NCBI GenBank assembly: GCA_040756015.1
Contig: JBFMAC010000012.1
Location: 15,377-79,376, forward strand
Length of the DNA stretch: 64,000 nt
Source: Pseudomonadota bacterium
GTDB taxonomy: Bacteria > Pseudomonadota > Gammaproteobacteria > Burkholderiales > JBFMAC01
Direction of reading: 5' to 3'
The translations under genes and the position numbers were made by a program. The notes below the pieces were generated by a model. The model was not told the DNA's origin, searched no databases, and saw only the letters and a list, made by a program, of their open reading frames with translations. The stretch's first letter is position 1. Each line of letters opens with the position of its first letter. This document shows positions 56,020 through 64,000 of this stretch, in pieces.

Positions 56020-57354
56020 TCACTTACCGATACAAAAGCGCGAGAAGATCTCGCCGAGCAAGTCGTCAGCGGTGAATTTCCCGGTGATCGCGGACAGCGC
56101 ATCCTGTGCCAGACGCAATTCTTCCGCCAGCAATTCCAGTTGCTGCCAGTTTTCCCCGGCGCATGCCAGGTGTTGCTGCGTCTCACGCAATGCGCGCACA
56201 TGCCGCTCGCGCGCCATGAATAGCGCCTCGCCGCCCTGCCAGCCGGCCATTTGCAGCAGCTTGTGGCGCAGCAAATCCAGTCCGGCCCCGCTTTGGGCGG
56301 AGAGCCGAATTTCGGCTACCCCTTCCTCTTCGCGCACGCTGGGTGTTTCTTGCAGCAAATCGATCTTGTTGTACACGCGCAGCAGAGGCAGGTGCTTGGG
56401 CAACCTGGCGAAAATTTCCTGCGGCACGTCTTCGCCGTGGCTGGCATCCATCAATAACAGGACGACGTCGGCCTGCTCGATCGACATCCAGGTGCGCGCC
56501 ATGCCGATTTTTTCCACCGGGTCAGCGGAATCGCGCAGGCCGGCGGTATCGATGATATGCAGCGGCACGCCCTCGATCTGGATCGCCTGGCGGATGGCGT
56601 CGCGCGTGGTACCGGGCGTATCGGTGACAATTGCCACCTCCGCGCCCGCCAGGCGATTGAGCAGGCTGGACTTGCCCACGTTGGGACGGCCGACCAGCAC
56701 CACGTGTATGCCCTCGCGCAGCAAACTGCCCTGGCGCGAGGCCTGCAACACCTTGCCCACTTGCACCTGGATTGCTTCGAGCTGGCGCCTTGCTTCGGCG
56801 CTCCTGAGGAGGTCGATTTCTTCCTCGGGGAAATCCAGTGTTGCCTCGACCAGTAAGCGCAGGTCCGTCAGCTTGCGTACGAGGGCATGGACTTCTTCGG
56901 AGAACGCCCCTTGCAGCGAGCGCATGGCCAAGCGCGCAGCCTGTGCAGTGGTGGCATCTATCAGGTCAGCCACGCTTTCGGCCTGCGCCAGGTCGAGCTT
57001 GTCATTGAGAAAGGCGCGGCGGGTAAATTCGCCCGGCTCGGCCAAGCGTGCACCCAAGTCGAGACAGCGCTGCAACAGCATTTGCAGCACTGCAGGGCCA
57101 CCGTGGCCCTGCAGTTCGAGCACTGCTTCACCGGTATAGGAATGCGGCGCCGGAAAATACAGGGCGATGCCCTGGTCTATGGGCTGGCCGGTTGCATCGA
57201 GAAAGTTGTGCAGCTGCGCATGCCGGGGTGCCACAGGGGCTCCCAGCAGGCCATTTATGATTGCGTCAAGGTTGCTGCCGGAAACACGCACCACGCCGAT
57301 GCCACCGCGACCGGGAGCGGTGGCGACGGCGGCAATGACGTCAGCGCTTGCCAT
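56020..57354 (-). CDS. mnmE: tRNA modification GTPase MnmE (TrmE)
   Basis: Reading from Met18 gives [26 protein letters not shown]. The G1 motif is [12 protein letters not shown] and the C-terminus is CIGK. Confidence 0.96.
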   Translation of the reverse strand: MASADVIAAVATAPGRGGIGVVRVSGSNLDAIINGLLGAPVAPRHAQLHNFLDATGQPIDQGIALYFPAPHSYTGEAVLELQGHGGPAVLQMLLQRCLDLGARLAEPGEFTRRAFLNDKLDLAQAESVADLIDATTAQAARLAMRSLQGAFSEEVHALVRKLTDLRLLVEATLDFPEEEIDLLRSAEARRQLEAIQVQVGKVLQASRQGSLLREGIHVVLVGRPNVGKSSLLNRLAGAEVAIVTDTPGTTRDAIRQAIQIEGVPLHIIDTAGLRDSADPVEKIGMARTWMSIEQADVVLLLMDASHGEDVPQEIFARLPKHLPLLRVYNKIDLLQETPSVREEEGVAEIRLSAQSGAGLDLLRHKLLQMAGWQGGEALFMARERHVRALRETQQHLACAGENWQQLELLAEELRLAQDALSAITGKFTADDLLGEIFSRFCIGK

Positions 57355-58978
57355 GAGCGGGTTTTTCCCGCTCGCTCGCCCGCGTGATCTGCCACTGCTG
57401 GGCAATGGAGAGCAGGTTGTTCACCAGCCAGTACAGCACCAGGCCCGCCGGAAAGAAGAAGAAGAAAACGCTGAACGCGACCGGCATAATCTTCATTACC
57501 TTGGCTTGGATCGGATCCGGCGGCGGTGGGTTGAGAAAGGATTGCCAGATCATGGTGGCACCCATCAGGATGGGCAGGATGTAATAAGGATCCGGTGTGG
57601 ACAAGTCCTGTATCCACAGGACAAACGGCGCATGGCGCAGTTCCACGCTAGCAAGCAGGGTCCAATACAGGGCAATGAACACCGGGATCTGCACGACCAC
57701 CGGCAGGCAGCCGCCCAGCGGATTGATCTTTTCGGTCTTGTACATTTCCACCATGGCCTGGTGCAGGCGCTGGCGGTCGTCGCCATACTGTTCCTTGATC
57801 TTTTGCAGCTTGGGGGTGACCAGGCGCATCTTGGCCATGGAACGGTAGCTGGCCGCGGACAACGGATAAAACAGAAGCTTGATCAGCACGGTAAGCAGGA
57901 TGATCGCCACCCCCCAGTTCTGCACTAGCTTGTATAACCAGGATAGCAGCGCAAACAGGGGAGAGGCTATCACCGTTAACCAGCCGTAATCCACCGTCAG
58001 TTCCAGGCCGGGGGCCAGCTTGCTCAGGCTGTCCTGGTCCTGCGGACCCGCATAAAGCGGTACGTGGACCGTACCGGCCTGGCCCGGCGCGATGGCGGCG
58101 ACCGGCAAAATCACGCCGGCGGAATACAGGCCGCCGTCCAGCCGCCTGGTGTAGAACTCTCGCTGCACCTGGCCTTGCGGCAGCCAGGCCCCAACGAAGT
58201 AATGTTGGATCATGGCGATCCAGCCATTATCGGCATTTTTTGGATAGTCAGTCTTGCCTTTGTCGATATCGGAAAACTCTACTTTGCGGAATTTTGCCGC
58301 CTCAGTGTATACCGCCGGACCCGCATAAGTGCTGACGAACTTCGAGTCGCCCGCCGAAGGCTTGCCGTCGCGTACCAACTGGAAATATGAATGGGGCTGG
58401 ATCGTCGCGGCGCCGTGATTGGCGATTTCATACCCGACGTCGATCACGTAGCTGCCCTTGTGGAAGGTATATACCTTGGCCACCTTGACGCCATTGGTTT
58501 CCGGCGCTTCCAGCCTTACTTCCAGCTTGTCCGCACCCGCAGCTAGCTGGTATTCCTTGGCTGCCGCTGCAAACACCGCCTTGTGGCTGGGCAACCCCTC
58601 GCCAATCAGGCCGGTTTGCGCGATATAAGTGCTGTTCGCGTCCTGCTGCATCAGCACGAAATTCTTGTTCTTGTCCTCGCTGTCGCGATGCTGGGTCAGT
58701 TCCAGCCGGCGCAGGTCGCCGCCCACGGTATCGATCTCTGCCACCAGGAAATCCGTCCGCACCTTGATTTTTTCACCGCTCAGCACTTTGCTGGACACAT
58801 CGGCCGGCATGGCGGCATGACCACCAGCGCTAAGCTGGGCACCGGGTGTCGGCGTATCGATCTGTTGTGCCGCCTGTTGCAGAACCTCGGCCGGCCGGTG
58901 CTCTTTTTGCCAAGCATCGGCCAGGAAAAACAGGGACAACGAAAAGATGCCGAAGAGAAGAAGCTGACGGATTTCCAT
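57341..58978 (-). CDS. yidC: membrane protein insertase YidC
   Basis: The 545-aa ORF has a large periplasmic domain followed by the conserved C-terminal TM bundle ([16 protein letters not shown]). Confidence 0.96.
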   Translation of the reverse strand: MEIRQLLLFGIFSLSLFFLADAWQKEHRPAEVLQQAAQQIDTPTPGAQLSAGGHAAMPADVSSKVLSGEKIKVRTDFLVAEIDTVGGDLRRLELTQHRDSEDKNKNFVLMQQDANSTYIAQTGLIGEGLPSHKAVFAAAAKEYQLAAGADKLEVRLEAPETNGVKVAKVYTFHKGSYVIDVGYEIANHGAATIQPHSYFQLVRDGKPSAGDSKFVSTYAGPAVYTEAAKFRKVEFSDIDKGKTDYPKNADNGWIAMIQHYFVGAWLPQGQVQREFYTRRLDGGLYSAGVILPVAAIAPGQAGTVHVPLYAGPQDQDSLSKLAPGLELTVDYGWLTVIASPLFALLSWLYKLVQNWGVAIILLTVLIKLLFYPLSAASYRSMAKMRLVTPKLQKIKEQYGDDRQRLHQAMVEMYKTEKINPLGGCLPVVVQIPVFIALYWTLLASVELRHAPFVLWIQDLSTPDPYYILPILMGATMIWQSFLNPPPPDPIQAKVMKIMPVAFSVFFFFFPAGLVLYWLVNNLLSIAQQWQITRASEREKPAHGKR

Positions 58979-58990
58979 ACTTGTTTGTTC

Positions 58991-59200
58991 CTAAGGTACC
59001 GGGTCGTATCCACCCGGATGCCAGGGGTGGCACCGCATAATGCGCTTGATGCCCAGCCAGACACCCTTCAGCGTACCATGCCTGGTAACCGCTTCCGCCA
59101 TATAAGCCGAGCAGCTAGGGTTAAAACGGCAGGTCGGCCCCAGCATGGGGCTGAAGATGTATTGGTAAAGCCGGATTAAGGCGATTAGCAAGCGCGACAT
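58991..59200 (-). CDS. yidD: membrane protein insertion efficiency factor YidD
   Basis: The 69-aa ORF contains [17 protein letters not shown]...[14 protein letters not shown]. Confidence 0.92.
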   Translation of the reverse strand: MSRLLIALIRLYQYIFSPMLGPTCRFNPSCSAYMAEAVTRHGTLKGVWLGIKRIMRCHPWHPGGYDPVP

Positions 59201-59556
59201 TTTTCCAGTTTCAGCATTAACCGCGTCAATTCGGCGCGCGCCCTCGCCCTGGTTGCCTCGTCGGGCCGGAATGGCCGCCGCAACTTGACCACCACGTCGA
59301 TCCCGCCCAGCACATGCTGGTTGAGACGGAACACTTCGCGCGCCTGCCGCTTGAAGCCATTGCGGTCGACGGCGCGCGGTGCGAGCTTCCTGCTCGCCAC
59401 CAACCCCAGCCTGGGATGGCCAAGGTCATTGGGCTTTCCGGCAACGACGAAATTTTCCCCGCCGACATTGCAATTACAGGCAAAGACGGCGACGAACTGT
59501 GCAGCCTGCCGCAGCAGATATTCCTTGGGCAGGGCGTATGCGGAAATCGTCGTCAG
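59185..59556 (-). CDS. rnpA: RNase P protein component; 5' end uncertain (no canonical start)
   Basis: The track ORF (from TTG 59403) carries [28 protein letters not shown], the RNR motif region. The same frame stays open upstream and encodes the conserved N-terminus [19 protein letters not shown]..., but contains only CTG (59556) or ATT (59547) as possible starts. Confidence 0.8.
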   Translation of the reverse strand: MTTISAYALPKEYLLRQAAQFVAVFACNCNVGGENFVVAGKPNDLGHPRLGLVASRKLAPRAVDRNGFKRQAREVFRLNQHVLGGIDVVVKLRRPFRPDEATRARARAELTRLMLKLEKCRAC

Positions 59557-59687
59557 ACGCCAAGCCGGGTGCGGCCCTTGGCGCGGCGGGCGCGGATTAC
59601 CGCCTTGCCGCCACGGGTGCTCATGCGAACCAGAAAGCCGTGTGTACGCTTGCGCCTGACCACGGAGGGTTGATATGTGCGTTTCAT
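59553..59687 (-). CDS. rpmH: 50S ribosomal protein L34
   Basis: The ORF reads [44 protein letters not shown] (44 aa), starting at Met20 of the track ORF. Confidence 0.96.
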   Translation of the reverse strand: MKRTYQPSVVRRKRTHGFLVRMSTRGGKAVIRARRAKGRTRLGV

Positions 59688-59775
59688 AATTGTCTCCAGC
59701 GCCGAAAAACCCGTAATTACAAACTGCAAGTTGTCATCTGTCAATAAAATTTTTTAGTCCGACGTTTGTTTCGGT

Positions 59776-59784
59776 TGTGGATAA
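59776..59784. promoter_or_regulatory. DnaA box, perfect (TGTGGATAA = reverse complement of TTATCCACA)
   Basis: This is an exact 9-mer in the 154-bp AT-rich rpmH-dnaA spacer, 58 nt upstream of the dnaA ATG. Confidence 0.7.
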
Positions 59785-59841
59785 CTTTTAACAAAGTCGA
59801 TAAAATGTGCGCTTGCCATCGGGGGATCACAAAATTACAAA

Positions 59842-61158
59842 ATGAACAGCTTTTGGCGTTCCTGTCTGGATCACTTCGAAAAAGAGCTTCCGGCCCAGCA
59901 ATTCAAAACATGGATCATGCCACTCAAGGCACAAGCCGAGGGCGATACCCTCGTATTGACCGCCCCCAACCGTTTCGTGATGGAATGGATCAGAGACAAG
60001 TTCTTGTCGAGAATAGAAAAACTGGCAGAGGACGACTACCCAAGCGGCGTCAGCCTCAAACTGGGAGCGATTGAGAAACCTACTGCCAAGCCGGCAGCGG
60101 CAGTCGAACCCGTCTCGCCCAAACCGGCAATCAAACAACAATCCCGGCTCAACCCGGCATTCACCTTCGACAGCTTCGTCACCGGCAAGGCCAACCAGTT
60201 GGCGAGAGCGGCTGCGATCCAGGTCGCCGAACGCCCCGGCGAGGCTTACAACCCCCTGTTCATCTACGGTGGGGTTGGCCTGGGCAAAACCCACTTGATC
60301 CAAGCCATCGGCAATCTGGTGCAAGAGCGTAACTCCCAAGCCAAGATACGTTATCTTCACGCTGAACAATATGTTTCAGACGTAGTACGTGCTTACCAGC
60401 ACAAAGCTTTTGACGATTTCAAGCGCTATTACCACTCACTGGATCTGCTGCTGATCGACGACATCCAATTCTTCAGCGGGAAAAACCGCACGCAAGAAGA
60501 ATTTTTCTATGTTTTCAATGCACTAATTGAATCTCACAAGCAGGTCATCATTTCCTGTGACACTTATCCCAAGGAAATCTCGGGCATGGAAGACCGGCTG
60601 ATTTCCCGCTTCGGTTGGGGGCTGACCGTTGCCATCGAGCCGCCTGAACTGGAAATGCGCGTTGCCATCCTGATCAAGAAAGCCGAAAACGAAGGGATCA
60701 AACTTGACGAAAACGTCGCTTTCTTCATCGCCAAGCACGTGCAATCCAACGTGCGCGAACTGGAAGGCGCGCTCAAGCGCGTTATCGCCTATTCAAGGTT
60801 TTCCAGCCTACCCATCTCGGTGGATGTAAGCCGCGAGGCGCTAAAAGACCTGCTGGCGGTGCAGAACCGGCAAATATCCATAGACAACATCCAGCGCACC
60901 GTAGCCGACTACTACAAGATCAAGGTATCGGAGATGTACTCGAAGAAACGTACCCGCAACATCGCACGGCCGCGCCAGTTGGCCATGGCATTGGCCAAGG
61001 AACTGACCCAGATGAGTCTGCCTGATATCGGCGAAGCCTTTGGCGGGCGCGACCACACCACTGTGCTGCACGCGTGCCGCAAGATCGCAGAGCTGAAAGA
61101 AAACGACCATGACATCACACGCGATTTCAATTCACTGTTGCAAGTGTTGAGGAGCTGA
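59842..61158 (+). CDS. dnaA: chromosomal replication initiator protein DnaA
   Basis: The 438-aa ORF contains [24 protein letters not shown], and the C-terminal DNA-binding block [36 protein letters not shown]. Confidence 0.98.
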   Translation: MNSFWRSCLDHFEKELPAQQFKTWIMPLKAQAEGDTLVLTAPNRFVMEWIRDKFLSRIEKLAEDDYPSGVSLKLGAIEKPTAKPAAAVEPVSPKPAIKQQSRLNPAFTFDSFVTGKANQLARAAAIQVAERPGEAYNPLFIYGGVGLGKTHLIQAIGNLVQERNSQAKIRYLHAEQYVSDVVRAYQHKAFDDFKRYYHSLDLLLIDDIQFFSGKNRTQEEFFYVFNALIESHKQVIISCDTYPKEISGMEDRLISRFGWGLTVAIEPPELEMRVAILIKKAENEGIKLDENVAFFIAKHVQSNVRELEGALKRVIAYSRFSSLPISVDVSREALKDLLAVQNRQISIDNIQRTVADYYKIKVSEMYSKKRTRNIARPRQLAMALAKELTQMSLPDIGEAFGGRDHTTVLHACRKIAELKENDHDITRDFNSLLQVLRS

Positions 61159-61175
61159 ACAATGCGGGAACAAAT

Positions 61176-61253
61176 TGTGAATAACCCCATGCAATCATCA
61201 CGAGGCAGAATTATTCACAAATCCATCCCGACACCATGCAGAAGTTATACACA
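61176..61253. promoter_or_regulatory. cluster of three relaxed-consensus DnaA boxes (TTATNCACA)
   Basis: The boxes are TGTGAATAA at 61176..61184 (reverse), TTATTCACA at 61211..61219 and TTATACACA at 61245..61253. They lie in the 187-bp dnaA-dnaN spacer and are followed by an A/purine-rich tract at 61281..61345. Confidence 0.6.
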
Positions 61254-61345
61254 GCCTTTTAAGTGAAGCAACCGTTTGACGGAGATAAGAAAGAAGAAGT
61301 TACTCGGGAAAACCGAAAAGCTTATTAAATGTCTTAAGGTAAATC

Positions 61346-62452
61346 ATGAAATTAATTCAAATCCAGAGGGACAACCTCCTGAAACCGCTGCAAGCTGTAA
61401 CCGGCATCGTCGAACGGCGCCATACTTTACCCATCCTTTCCAATGTTCTCATCGAACGCAAACAGGATCAATTGCTCCTGATGGCCACCGATCTGGAAAT
61501 CCAGATTTCGACTACCGGTCAGGCCGGACAAAAAGGCGAGGACTACGCCGTCACGGTTTCCGCGAAAAAATTGCAGGACATCCTGCGCAGCCTGCCGGAG
61601 GAAACCGAGGTCACGCTGGATGCGCAGGATAGTCGCCTTCAGGTGAAGGCTGGCAAAAGCCGTTTCAACTTGCAAACTCTGCCGGCGGAAGACTTTCCCA
61701 AGCTGGCCGAGGCCAAGGACGTCAGTTGTACCGTGCGCCTGCCGCAAAAGGCGCTGAAGAAGCTGTTGTTGCTGGTGCAATATGCTATGGCGCAGCAGGA
61801 CATTCGCTACTATCTGAACGGCATGCTGCTGGTGGTGGAAAGCAACGCGCTCAAGGTGGTGTCCACCGACGGCCACCGCCTGGCCTTTGCCGCGCTTGCC
61901 ATCGATCAGGGTCAGCGCAACCAGGAGGTGATTCTACCGCGCAAGGCGGTACTGGAGCTGTCCAAACTGCTGGCCGACAGCGACGACGAAGTTACGGTGG
62001 AAGTGGCGCAAAACCAGGCGCGCTTCGCTTTTTCGAATATCATGCTGGTCACCAAGGTGGTAGACGGAAAATTCCCAGATTACACCCGGGTAATCCCGAC
62101 CAATTACAACAACCATTTCTCCATTGATCGCCTGCGTTTGTTGCAATCGCTGCAGCGCGCAGCGATTTTATCCAACGAGAAATTCCGTGGTGTGCGCCTG
62201 GTGCTGACGGAAAACAACCTGCGCATCGTCAGCAGCAATACCGAGCAGGAAGAAGCCCAGGAAGAACTGGAAATCGAGTATGCCGGCGCGGCGCTCGACA
62301 TCGGTTTCAATATCACCTATTTGCTCGAAATCCTCAACAACGTAGACAGCGAGAAAGTGGATTGTGCATTCGGCGATGCCAACAGCAGTGCATTGATCAC
62401 CATCCCCGGCAACAGCGAGTTCCGCTATGTCGTGATGCCGATGCGCATCTAA
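61346..62452 (+). CDS. dnaN: DNA polymerase III beta sliding clamp
   Basis: The 368-aa ORF begins MKLIQIQRDNLLKPLQAVTGIVERRHTLPILSNVLI and ends ...YVVMPMRI. Confidence 0.98.
   Translation: MKLIQIQRDNLLKPLQAVTGIVERRHTLPILSNVLIERKQDQLLLMATDLEIQISTTGQAGQKGEDYAVTVSAKKLQDILRSLPEETEVTLDAQDSRLQVKAGKSRFNLQTLPAEDFPKLAEAKDVSCTVRLPQKALKKLLLLVQYAMAQQDIRYYLNGMLLVVESNALKVVSTDGHRLAFAALAIDQGQRNQEVILPRKAVLELSKLLADSDDEVTVEVAQNQARFAFSNIMLVTKVVDGKFPDYTRVIPTNYNNHFSIDRLRLLQSLQRAAILSNEKFRGVRLVLTENNLRIVSSNTEQEEAQEELEIEYAGAALDIGFNITYLLEILNNVDSEKVDCAFGDANSSALITIPGNSEFRYVVMPMRI

Positions 62453-64000
<1,548 letters not shown>

Overview
This GC-rich window (roughly 55-60% by eye) looks like an origin-proximal core chromosome segment. 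Gene content and order resemble a betaproteobacterium, but I cannot assign a taxon without a database search. The right third is the classic origin neighbourhood. On the minus strand it carries glmS, glmU, glpD, atpIBEFHAGDC, parB-parA, rsmG-mnmG, mnmE, yidC-yidD-rnpA-rpmH. Transcription then switches to the plus strand for dnaA-dnaN-gyrB. The rest is housekeeping: dapF, two tandem lpxL paralogues, metK, an SAH-riboswitch-led ahcY...metF operon, yegQ, a truncated globin, ttcA, a cobalamin-riboswitch-controlled btuB-like receptor, zapB-like/zapA/6S RNA, mpl, gltBD, hemE, priA, argS, and SPOR plus two DsbA genes. A few signalling genes are also present (HD-GYP, GGDEF). I see no transposase, integrase, phage gene, CRISPR array, toxin-antitoxin pair or recognisable defence gene. 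I did not find a convincing novel multi-gene system, and the window reads as an ordinary core region. The leads worth a second look are all small-scale. (1) A DUF360 membrane gene has its conserved first helix encoded in a different frame from the rest of the gene, which looks like a compensated double indel. (2) An orphan ParA-like ATPase sits behind glmS. (3) A roughly 20-codon relic of a GGDEF C-terminus lies in an intergenic spacer. (4) rnpA has no canonical start codon for its conserved N-terminus. (5) DnaA-box clusters flank dnaA, and a perfect parS lies in the mnmE-mnmG spacer. (6) There is a MITE-like inverted repeat, REP-like hairpins and a 300-bp low-GC islet. All protein calls come from reading the supplied translations or hand translation and from remembered family motifs. 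No searches were run.
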